A stretch of DNA of 64,000 nucleotides from an uncultured Spirochaetota bacterium (GTDB taxonomy: Bacteria; Spirochaetota; UBA4802; UBA5368), in contig CAVXKM010000001.1 of NCBI GenBank assembly GCA_963762305.1, positions 752,316 to 816,315 of the forward strand, given 5' to 3'. The notes under the pieces were generated by a model, which saw nothing but the letters and a program-made list of their open reading frames with translations, had not been told where the DNA came from and did no database searches. The stretch's first letter is position 1; each line of letters opens with the position of its first letter. Made by a program: the position numbers and the translations under genes. This document shows positions 48,530 through 56,455 of this stretch, piece by piece.

Positions 48530-50383
48530 TTACACCACCTCGATTCCGATGAGAATGATGTCGTCCTCGGCGGGAGACCCGTCCCTGTACTCGCGGAGCC
48601 GGTCGATGACGGTGTCCAGGGTGCCGGAGAGTGATTCGCGCCTTGACCGCGTGAAGAACTCCAGGAGGTCCGAGTCAAACCCCAGCCGTTCCCTGCGCGC
48701 GTTCACGGTTTCCGGGACGCCGTCGGTGTAGAGGAACACGCGGTCCCCCCTGGCAAGGGCGGCCGATTTCTCGTGGAATACCGCGTTTTCGAATTGGCCA
48801 ATGATGTTGCCGCTTGAGCCGATGAACTCCGCCCGTCCGTCTTCCCTGAACAGCACCGGCTGGGGGTGGCCGCCGTTCGCGCAGCGGAAGAAGGCGGCGC
48901 CGTCCCCCTGCCCGCGCTCGAACAGGCCGTAAATGCCGGTGATGAAATAATTCGACATGAAGCCGATGAGATCCCTGTTCAGGCTGGCAAGATACCCGAG
49001 GGGGTCGTGTCCGTGCCTGTAAAAGGTTTTCTCCGCGGCGAAGTTGATCAACGCGAGGAAAAGGGCGGATGCCACGCCGTGCCCCGCCACGTCGCCTATG
49101 AAAACGCCCACACCGTCCCCGTCCAGGGGAAAAAACGAGAAGTAATCGCCGCCCACGCGGTCGAGCGGGAGATACCTGAAGTCCACGTTCAGAAAGCCGC
49201 ACCGCGGGAGCTCCCGTTTCAGAAGGGCGTTCTGGGTGGCCTCGGCGATTCTAAGGTCCGTCTCCATGATCTCGTTGCGCTGGCGGAGCTTTTCCTCGTT
49301 TATCCGTAATAGCTCCTCGGCCTTTTTTCTCTGGGTGATGTCCTCTTTCACGGCCACGAAGCGGGTGATGCGGCCCTGGTCGTCGGTTATTGGGGAGATG
49401 GAGGCGGATTCCCAGTAGAGCTCGCCGTTTTTTTTCCTGTTGTGGAATTCGCCGCGCCATTCGTTCCCGGCGGTTACGGTTTCCCAGAGGTTCCGGTAAA
49501 ATTCAGCCGGCTGGTCGCCAGACTTGAGAATGCGCGGGTTCTGTCCCCTGGCCTCGTCCGCCGAATAACCGGTGAGGGCGGTGAACTTCGGGTTCACGTA
49601 TTCGATTTTTCCCCCGGGATCGGTGATGACCACGGTGGCGGGGCTTTGTTCCACGGCGCGCGTCAGCTGGCGCAGCGTTTCCTCGGTTTTTTTCCTTTCG
49701 GTTATGTCCTCTTTCACGGCCACGAAGTTTGTGATCCTGCCCCGGTCGTCGACGATGGGGGAAATGGAGGCGGATTCCCAGTAAAACCCGCCGTCTTTCT
49801 TTTTGTTGTAGAACTCGCCGCGCCACACGCGGCCGGAGGTGATCGTCCGCCAGAGCTCCCGGTAATACTCCGGCGCGTGCCTGCCCGATTTTAAAATGCG
49901 CGGGTTCTGGCCCAGGACCTCGTCCGCGGAATAGCCGGTGAGCTCGGTGAATTTAGGATTGACGTATTCTATCTTTCCTTCGCTATCGGTGATGACGATT
50001 GAGGCCGGGTTCTGCTCCACCGCCTGGTTGAGCTGGCGCAGTGTGGCCTGTATCTTCTGCACGACGGCCGACGCGAGGATAAATCCGGCCGCCCTGCGCA
50101 CGGCGGACCCCCTCCGCGCGCTCTCAGCGGGAGGGAGGATGAGCACGGGCATGTCCCGCAGCTGCCGGGTGAATTCCAGGGCGTCCATGTCGGGGAGGGA
50201 CCCGTCGACGATCGCGCACTCGCATTGGCGCGCACGGATAAGCCGCAGCCCCTCCGCGCCTGTTCCCGCCTGTAGAAGCACGAGCTTTTCCTGTTCAGTC
50301 CCCTGCAGAACCTGCCTCAATTCCGTTACAGCTTTAGGATCGCTGGAAACGATGATCGCGGAAATGACGCCGTTGTCAGTCAT
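48530..50383 (-). CDS. Receiver-PAS-PAS-PP2C (SpoIIE-type) response-regulator phosphatase
   Basis: 617 aa. REC-like N-terminus (AIVDGSLPDMDALEF), two near-identical PAS units, and PP2C (GGDYFSF, GDVAGHGVASAL, FLYTDGV, EDDIILIGIEV). Confidence 0.85.
   Translation of the reverse strand: MTDNGVISAIIVSSDPKAVTELRQVLQGTEQEKLVLLQAGTGAEGLRLIRARQCECAIVDGSLPDMDALEFTRQLRDMPVLILPPAESARRGSAVRRAAGFILASAVVQKIQATLRQLNQAVEQNPASIVITDSEGKIEYVNPKFTELTGYSADEVLGQNPRILKSGRHAPEYYRELWRTITSGRVWRGEFYNKKKDGGFYWESASISPIVDDRGRITNFVAVKEDITERKKTEETLRQLTRAVEQSPATVVITDPGGKIEYVNPKFTALTGYSADEARGQNPRILKSGDQPAEFYRNLWETVTAGNEWRGEFHNRKKNGELYWESASISPITDDQGRITRFVAVKEDITQRKKAEELLRINEEKLRQRNEIMETDLRIAEATQNALLKRELPRCGFLNVDFRYLPLDRVGGDYFSFFPLDGDGVGVFIGDVAGHGVASALFLALINFAAEKTFYRHGHDPLGYLASLNRDLIGFMSNYFITGIYGLFERGQGDGAAFFRCANGGHPQPVLFREDGRAEFIGSSGNIIGQFENAVFHEKSAALARGDRVFLYTDGVPETVNARRERLGFDSDLLEFFTRSRRESLSGTLDTVIDRLREYRDGSPAEDDIILIGIEVV
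49313..50044 (-). repeat. Tandem intragenic duplication (2 x 366 bp) encoding PAS units
   Basis: aa 114-235 and 236-357 of the 617-aa protein are collinear with high identity: TLRQL..AVEQ.PA..VITD..GKIEYVNPKFT.LTGYSADE..GQNPRILKSG...YWESASISPI.DD.GRIT.FVAVKEDIT.RKK. Antisense ORFs 49236..49418 and 49572..49784 end in near-identical peptides, which confirms DNA-level repetition. Confidence 0.8.
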
Positions 50384-50470
50384 GGGCCGGCACGTGCCAT
50401 CGGTATAACTTCTCCATCATGCAAAAGCAGCTTACCTCACGCGCGGGGGCGTGTCAGGAAATTCCGCGGC

Positions 50471-50977
50471 TCATTCCACCTTCTCGGTGAGGACGATCCT
50501 CTCCCCGCCGAGGGTAAGGTAGAAGATGTCATCGGTCTCCTCAAGCCGCTCCAGGAGCTGGAACGAGGGAGAGCGCCTGAATTTCGCCGGCAGCCTGCCC
50601 CCCTTCACGTAACAGTACAGGCCGCCCCCCTGCCGGTAGTGCAGGGTGTGAATGTCGAGGACCTCCGTCGCGCCGGTCGTGAGGGAAATGTACGCCCGCT
50701 CGGAGGCGTCGAATCCCTCGACGCGGATCCCGGTGACGAAAACGGGCGCGTCGTCCACCGTGACGGGGTACACGAAGGGCCCGTAGTGGATGACGTACAC
50801 CCCGTCGGCGGTGATGTCCACGCAGCGGTTGAAAAAGTCGATTATCCGCCCGTTCGTGAACACCTCGCCGTCGTGGAGCCAGTTGCCCTCCCCGTCGATA
50901 CGGATCTCGTCGATGCTCTCGCCGGAGTCGATGAGCTTCTGGATGTATTCGGGGATCTCGGGGAAGGGCTCTTCCAT
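50471..50977 (-). CDS. DUF1285 family protein
   Basis: 168 aa. IRIDGEGNWLHDGEVFTNGRIIDFF...ADGVYVIHYGPFVYPVTVDDAPVFV fits the DUF1285 pattern. Confidence 0.65.
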   Translation of the reverse strand: MEEPFPEIPEYIQKLIDSGESIDEIRIDGEGNWLHDGEVFTNGRIIDFFNRCVDITADGVYVIHYGPFVYPVTVDDAPVFVTGIRVEGFDASERAYISLTTGATEVLDIHTLHYRQGGGLYCYVKGGRLPAKFRRSPSFQLLERLEETDDIFYLTLGGERIVLTEKVE

Positions 50978-50990
50978 CGCCGGCGCCCCC

Positions 50991-52151
50991 TCACACCCGG
51001 AAGGACGGGTCGGTGAGTTTCTGGTGTTCCTCGAGGGCGTAGCGGTCGGTCATGCCGGCGATGTAGTCCGAGATCGTCTGATCGAGCCCGTCGGTCTTTA
51101 TTCTTTTGTGGTAGCTTTCGTACAGCGCGTTCGGGTGCTGGTGGTAAATCGTAAACAGGTCCATCACCACCTTCTGCGCCTTGATCGACATGCGAACGAC
51201 CCTGTAGTGCTGGTAGAGGCCTCCCATCAGGAAGTCCTTGAGCTCCTGGTTCGCCGCGCCTATTTCACCGCTGAACCCCACGATCCGCGCCGGGGCCTTC
51301 CGCACGTCGTCCATGCCCTTTATTCCCAGGCCCTCGATCCCGCGCCGGGTCGTCTCGATCAGGTCCGAGACGAGCAGGTTTATGATCGCCCGGATGGCCG
51401 TCGTCACCATGTACTTCCGGTCCCGCGGCAGGGAAATCCCGTCGCCCAGGGAGCGCGCGGCCAGCCGCCACACGGCGAGCTTCCTGACGGCCTCCAGGTC
51501 CAGCATGCCCGATGAGAGCCCGTCGTCAAGGTCGTGGTTGTTGTAGGCGATCTCGTCGGCGAAATCGATGATCTGGGCCTCCAGGGCGGGCTGCTCCTCC
51601 GGGGCGAAGTGTGAGAGCTCGGGGTGGTCGTATCTGGTCGAGTGCTTTATCACGCCCTCCCGCGTCTCCCAGGTGAGGTTGAGGCCAGGGAAATCGGGAT
51701 AGCGCTCCTCGAGCTTCTCGACCACCCGGAGGCTCTGCCGGTTGTGCTCGAAACCGCCGGCGCCGCGCATGAGCTCGTCCAGCGCCCGCTCGCCGGAGTG
51801 GCCGAAGGGCGTGTGCCCAAGGTCGTGGGCGAGGGCGATGCTCTCGGCGAGGTCCTCGTTGAGCCGCAGGGCACGCGCGATGGAGCGCGCGATCTGCGCC
51901 ACCTCGATGGTGTGCGTGAGCCTGGTGCGGTAGTGGTCGCCCTCGTGGTTGACGAACACCTGGGTCTTGTACTCCAGCCGCCTGAAGGCCCGTGAATGGA
52001 TGATGCGCTCACGGTCCCGCTGGAACTCCGTGCGGTAGGCGTGGGGCTGCTCCCCGTGCTCCCTCCCGCGGGTGCGCTTGGACATGGCGGCGTACGGCGC
52101 CAGCAGGGATTCCTCGAGGTCCTGGAGGTAGGTGCGGTAGTCTTTTTCCAT
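50991..52151 (-). CDS. dgt: dGTP triphosphohydrolase-like HD-domain protein
   Basis: 386 aa. FQRDRERIIHSRAFRRLEYKTQVF, HYRTRLTHTIEVAQI, AHDLGHTPFGH. Confidence 0.85.
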   Translation of the reverse strand: MEKDYRTYLQDLEESLLAPYAAMSKRTRGREHGEQPHAYRTEFQRDRERIIHSRAFRRLEYKTQVFVNHEGDHYRTRLTHTIEVAQIARSIARALRLNEDLAESIALAHDLGHTPFGHSGERALDELMRGAGGFEHNRQSLRVVEKLEERYPDFPGLNLTWETREGVIKHSTRYDHPELSHFAPEEQPALEAQIIDFADEIAYNNHDLDDGLSSGMLDLEAVRKLAVWRLAARSLGDGISLPRDRKYMVTTAIRAIINLLVSDLIETTRRGIEGLGIKGMDDVRKAPARIVGFSGEIGAANQELKDFLMGGLYQHYRVVRMSIKAQKVVMDLFTIYHQHPNALYESYHKRIKTDGLDQTISDYIAGMTDRYALEEHQKLTDPSFRV

Positions 52152-52321
52152 TTATGTTATGGTGCCGCTTGCCACCTTTATTTTGTGGCCACTGTCAGGT
52201 GAATACTATCACTGTACAACTAAAGGGATATTCTTACCGGGCGTTATATAAATTTCTAATGCACACCCTGTTAAAAATCCCCTCATGCATGATACGGGTT
52301 AAAACGATGATCAGGATGAAA

Positions 52322-52810
52322 TTAGGTTTTCCTGAATTTTCTTTTTATAAAGTACCTGAACTCATTCAAGGAGATAACACCACATACTATTATCCCTAAA
52401 AGAAACCACATGTTTTTATTGCTGGTAATGCTGATATTTTTAGGGCTATTGAAAGATGGATTTTTCCCATAGTACAGGATTGGAATCACCGAACCTGTTT
52501 CAAGCCGGTCATATTCATTTTTGGTAATTTCCGTATCTTTTGAGAAAAGTCCAAACAGGCTTCTCCTCTTATATTCTTTCCCGTTATTACTGAATACATA
52601 TGAAACATAATACCTGTAGCCATATTTGTTGTGGGTCGTTTTCTTGTTGATTATATTTGCATCAATTTCGACTCCACCGGTTGATATATAATAATCAGTG
52701 ATAACGGAATCAATTATAGAAACTGCAAAGAACACAGATACAAAGAAAAACAGAATTGCTATTGCTATACGCATACTATCAGGCATAGCTTTAATCTTAT
52801 TATTGTTCAT
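52322..52810 (-). CDS. DUF3592-like membrane protein on an AT-rich islet
   Basis: 162 aa. N- and C-terminal TM helices flank a beta-rich core (YYVSYVFSNNGKEYKRR...GSVIPILYYGKNP). Composition is strikingly AT-rich compared with both neighbours. Confidence 0.6.
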   Translation of the reverse strand: MNNNKIKAMPDSMRIAIAILFFFVSVFFAVSIIDSVITDYYISTGGVEIDANIINKKTTHNKYGYRYYVSYVFSNNGKEYKRRSLFGLFSKDTEITKNEYDRLETGSVIPILYYGKNPSFNSPKNISITSNKNMWFLLGIIVCGVISLNEFRYFIKRKFRKT

Positions 52811-52933
52811 GTCACTCCTGTCAGTATTTTAATATTAAGCAAATAGCGTCCTCTACCCGGACAAAGCACCCGGACATGACGCCGCTTCTCGGAAGCGTGC
52901 TCCTCAAAGAAGCCGCCCTTCCCAATCAGCAGT

Positions 52934-52948
52934 CCCCCGGACAGGGGG
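52934..52948 (-). terminator. Short GC hairpin (CCCCC-5 nt-GGGGG) immediately after the stop at 52950
   Basis: 5-bp G/C stem directly 3' of the minus-strand gene. No clear U-tract. Confidence 0.2.
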
Positions 52949-52949
52949 C

Positions 52950-54941
52950 TTAAAATTTTTTCGCGCTTTTTTCCTCCCCGGCTTCCTCATCCCGACCGCG
53001 GGCGGCGGCAGAGTAGTCCGTCAATATTCTCCACACCGGCCAGGCGAGAATTGAGAGGCCCGCGATGAAGAGCGCACGGATTATCCAGGTGGAGAGCGGC
53101 GGCTCCACCAGGGAGTACCCGAAGTCACCGTTCACTATATGCGGCCCCGGGACCAGCGAACTCACTCCCAGCGCCTCGTCAAAGGTGGCGGAGATGTCGT
53201 ATCGGGGCGGCTCGGCATAAGGATTGCCGTAATACACCCGGAGCCTGGAGGACGCTGCCCCATCGGTGTTGCTCCCTGGTGAGGGAAGCTCGAAAATGAG
53301 CTCCTCCCGGGGTATGACCGCTTTACACGAGAAGAGCGAAAGCGGCTCGTTGTCCCCGTCCAGTATGATGAGCTTCAGCGGAGCCGCCACGGGCATGGGA
53401 AAATCCACCGCCTGCAGGTCCGGATCGCCGCTCCGGCGCGAGAGGCCTGCAGTCAGGAGATAGTAATAACTTTTGCGCTCCGGGTCCAGGACATGTATCT
53501 CCATCATGCGGGTGTAGCGCGCGTCGGAGAAGCGGAGTGCCAGGCCGACGATCTTTCTTCGTCCGTCGTTTTCATAATAATACACGGTGGCGTCCCGGTC
53601 GGGATCCCGGTCGCGGGTCAGGGTCTTGACGGGAATGTCCGCCTCGTACTCGGAGGGCCTCCCGGCGGGCGCGTACTGCACCGAGGGGAAGCTGAACCGG
53701 TGCCTCGAGTCGAAGCGGAGCCTCACGTATCGGTGGCCGCCGGAGCGGAACCTGATGGTGGAAAATTTATCGGTGGCGTAGCTGAACAGGGAGCGGTGCT
53801 CGGCGCCGCCCCACTGCCCCGCCTCCAGGGCGGTGGACACCCACACCCCGGCCTCGTACTGCCCGTCGGATTTCACGTCGATCCCGGTAAATTCGGCGCC
53901 CTTCGGCGGTTCCGGGAGCCGCAGCACATAGGTGCCGCCCTCGCGGTCCGCTTCATGGAATATGACCACGGGCCTGAGCGCGCCCTTCTGCTTCGGGTCA
54001 TCCAGCACGCCCCGGGTAAAATAGGGCAGGGCGCGGCCGTTCCGAGCGACGCGTATGTCACCGCTGCCCGCGTAGCGCGCCATATCGTCATCCAGGAGAA
54101 ATCTGCCGTAGACCGGGCCCCTCGGCGCGCCTGTCTGCGCCGGGGCCTGGAGCTCCTTGTAATAACGGAAGCCCGAGGCGTTGAAATCGCCGGCGCTGGG
54201 TTCCGCGGGCGAAGCCGGCAGTAAAAGCGCCAGGACCATGATGAGCGCGGCTCCGCCCCGGGTGAAGAGGCGGTCGCGGAATTTCTGGTAGAAGACGCTC
54301 AGGAGCACCAGCGCCAGTCCCAGGGTAAACCCTGCGATGATGCGCACCAGGAGGCTCATGGTCCAGATATCGTAGAGGTAGAGCTTGGCCAGGACCAGCA
54401 CCGCGAGCGCCATGCCGCTCACGCGGAGGGGGCGGCTCGCCCGCGCGAAACCGGCGGCGAGAAAGACCGCCGCGTAGAATGCCAGCACGTAGGAGTACCC
54501 GAGGTTCCGGTAGTGCCGGTCGGAGATGAAGTCGGCGTTTTCCTTCAGGGTGGCGATGATCATGGTGAAGGCCGCGGCATACGCGAAGGCCGTCATGTAG
54601 CGGTGCATGGGCTTTCTCCTCTGCACGAGATATGCGGCGGCGAGGAAGGCCGCGGCCAGGACGAAGAGGCAGAAGCGTTCGTTGGCGAAGAGGGTGTATC
54701 CCTCGGGCCTTGCCTCCAGGAAGTAAAGCCGCACCAGCGCCGCGCCCCACACCGGCAGCGAGCCGGCCACAAGGCGCGCGGTTCCCGTCCGGGCGCCGGT
54801 GAGCGAGAGGGCCCCGGCGTAGGCGATCCAGGCGGCGGTGAGCCAGCGGCCCCCGGCGAAATCGGTGATTGCCGCGAAGAGCGCGACCAGCAGGCAGATG
54901 ACAAGCGCGGATTTCGTGTTCAATGCGGTATCAGGCTTCAT
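52950..54941 (-). CDS. Fusion-like protein: DUF2339-type polytopic membrane region plus DUF3999-like extracytoplasmic domain
   Basis: ORF 52950..54998. ATG 54941 (MKPDTALNTK) is preceded by GGAAGG. The first ~260 aa are TM-rich like the C-terminal part of DUF2339. The remainder (FRYYKELQAP...GRFLLDDD...YVRLRFDS) resembles DUF3999, with a final TM. Confidence 0.55.
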   Translation of the reverse strand: MKPDTALNTKSALVICLLVALFAAITDFAGGRWLTAAWIAYAGALSLTGARTGTARLVAGSLPVWGAALVRLYFLEARPEGYTLFANERFCLFVLAAAFLAAAYLVQRRKPMHRYMTAFAYAAAFTMIIATLKENADFISDRHYRNLGYSYVLAFYAAVFLAAGFARASRPLRVSGMALAVLVLAKLYLYDIWTMSLLVRIIAGFTLGLALVLLSVFYQKFRDRLFTRGGAALIMVLALLLPASPAEPSAGDFNASGFRYYKELQAPAQTGAPRGPVYGRFLLDDDMARYAGSGDIRVARNGRALPYFTRGVLDDPKQKGALRPVVIFHEADREGGTYVLRLPEPPKGAEFTGIDVKSDGQYEAGVWVSTALEAGQWGGAEHRSLFSYATDKFSTIRFRSGGHRYVRLRFDSRHRFSFPSVQYAPAGRPSEYEADIPVKTLTRDRDPDRDATVYYYENDGRRKIVGLALRFSDARYTRMMEIHVLDPERKSYYYLLTAGLSRRSGDPDLQAVDFPMPVAAPLKLIILDGDNEPLSLFSCKAVIPREELIFELPSPGSNTDGAASSRLRVYYGNPYAEPPRYDISATFDEALGVSSLVPGPHIVNGDFGYSLVEPPLSTWIIRALFIAGLSILAWPVWRILTDYSAAARGRDEEAGEEKSAKKF

Positions 54942-55974
54942 CCCTGCCTTCCGCGTACCGGTGGAATAGCATATAAAAAAGAGCGGAGAGCGCCGCAACC
55001 CCCAGCATGAAATGGGGTCGGAACGAGGGGTGAAAGACGTTCATCACCCATGCCCCGAGAAAAAGGAAACCGGCGGTGTTCAGGAGGATCATCGGCTTCC
55101 AGGCCGGGCCGGGAAGCCCGTGAACGCGCGGCAGCAGCAGGAGCTCGCACGCCATGAAGACCAGGTATACGAAAAACATGAACAGGAAGGGCGCGGCGAA
55201 GCTGCTTTCGTGCAGTTTATCGGCTGCCCAGGCGCCGAAAACGGCGAAGTCGGCGATGATGACAATATAGGCGGAGAGACTCCATGAGCGGTAGCGGCTC
55301 AACAGGAAGAACACGGCGTTTATAATGGCGATATACCCGAAGAGGAACCGGTAGGAGTTTTCGCCGCTGGAGACAAGCAATGGCGCCAGGAAGGCCCCCG
55401 CCACGCTCCAGACAAAGAGCGCCTGGATGCCCGCGCGCCCGGCCAGGGCGGCCATGGCTATTGAGAGCGCCGCGAGGAAGAGGAAGGTTTCGCTCCTCCC
55501 GAGGAGGCCGTAGAAATAGTACGCGCCGAAGAGCGCGATGTAGAGGAGCGACGCCCCGGTGCCCGTGAGCGCCGCGGGGAGTATCCTCATGCGCCGGCGG
55601 GCCAGGGAGAGCCCCCAGGTGATCGCGCCGAATCCGGCCATGAGCCCGAGGTAGATGCGCCCGGACTCGTTGATCCACCGGTTGTCGAAGGCGTACTTGA
55701 TGAACCATGCGGCCGCGATGATGATGCTCAGGAGCCCCAGCTTCCCGAGGATGTTTCCGCCCAGCGAAAACTCGGAAAGTGAAAAGGCCTTTCGAGGCGC
55801 CGCAGGCGGCGGAGGAGCCTCGATGGCAGGCGCCGCTGGTGCTGGAGCGGCCGCGGCGGTCTCCGGCGGTAGGCCCCGCTCCATGCGTGATATCTCCGCG
55901 CGGATGGAGTCGATCTCCCCCTGCAGCATGTTCAGCCGCTCGCGCAGTTTCCGTATGTCATCCTTGTCGGTCAT
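54931..55974 (-). CDS. DUF2339 family membrane protein (N-terminal coiled-coil plus TM repeats)
   Basis: ATG 55974 gives MTDKDDIRKLRERLNMLQGEIDSIRAEISRME, then a Pro/Ala linker, FSLSEFSLGGNILGKLGLL and AWFIKYAFDNRWI. This is the classic DUF2339 N-terminus. Confidence 0.7.
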   Translation of the reverse strand: MTDKDDIRKLRERLNMLQGEIDSIRAEISRMERGLPPETAAAAPAPAAPAIEAPPPPAAPRKAFSLSEFSLGGNILGKLGLLSIIIAAAWFIKYAFDNRWINESGRIYLGLMAGFGAITWGLSLARRRMRILPAALTGTGASLLYIALFGAYYFYGLLGRSETFLFLAALSIAMAALAGRAGIQALFVWSVAGAFLAPLLVSSGENSYRFLFGYIAIINAVFFLLSRYRSWSLSAYIVIIADFAVFGAWAADKLHESSFAAPFLFMFFVYLVFMACELLLLPRVHGLPGPAWKPMILLNTAGFLFLGAWVMNVFHPSFRPHFMLGVAALSALFYMLFHRYAEGRDEA

Positions 55975-56100
55975 GCCGTGCACCGGGTATTGTCATCCTC
56001 CAAGGAAACCTATCATTTTTCCAGGCAAAGTCAATTCATAAAAACAGAGGTCTTTGAACTGGGATTATTGAGAAGAATAATTCAGTCAGCGGGCCACAGA

Positions 56101-56158
56101 GGCACAGAGAAAAGAGCCGGAAAATGATAATTAATTAACTCCTTTTAAACTCTGTGCC
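56101..56158. repeat. Inverted repeat GGCACAGAG ... CTCTGTGCC (9-bp arms, 40-nt AT-rich spacer), with direct CACAGAG-G-CACAGAG at 56095..56109
   Basis: Read directly: arms at 56101..56109 and 56150..56158. It lies about 40 nt from the 3' end of the transposase remnant. Confidence 0.5.
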
Positions 56159-56196
56159 CCCTCCTGTTTTTTTACCAAGACCCCCGCATAATAAAA

Positions 56197-56337
56197 TTAT
56201 ACCGCCGGACAATATGCTTTTAACTTTTCCTCAATAAATCCTTCAGTCGAATGCCTGTAGAATTCCCCTGTCGTGATCATCGCATATAATACTTCCAACA
56301 CATTACGGGCAAGCGCGACTATAGCCTTCTTATAAAA
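56197..56337 (-). mobile_element. Remnant of an IS110-family transposase gene (C-terminal ~46 codons only)
   Basis: Minus-strand translation gives LFYKKAIVALARNVLEVLYAMITTGEFYRHSTEGFIEEKLKAYCPAV*. The K-A-I-V-A-L-A-R-x-L-L...G pattern resembles the conserved C-terminal helix of IS110/IS116/IS902 transposases. A stop lies immediately upstream, so only a fragment remains. Confidence 0.45.
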
Positions 56338-56455
56338 CAGTTATTAATGGCCCCTCCGATTACGAAACTCTCAAAATCTTTTTTCCAAAGTGCTCCAGGG
56401 CAACAGGCCGTAAAGGCCTGACACAGGGGCTGTATTCACTTACAAATAATGCTGT

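Noticed and set aside
54931-54998. Frameshift hypothesis for the DUF2339 split
   Set aside because: This is not clearly supported. The downstream ORF has its own GGAAGG RBS and ATG 54941, overlapping the upstream stop by 11 nt, as in normal coupled genes. I kept it only as an architecture observation in the findings.
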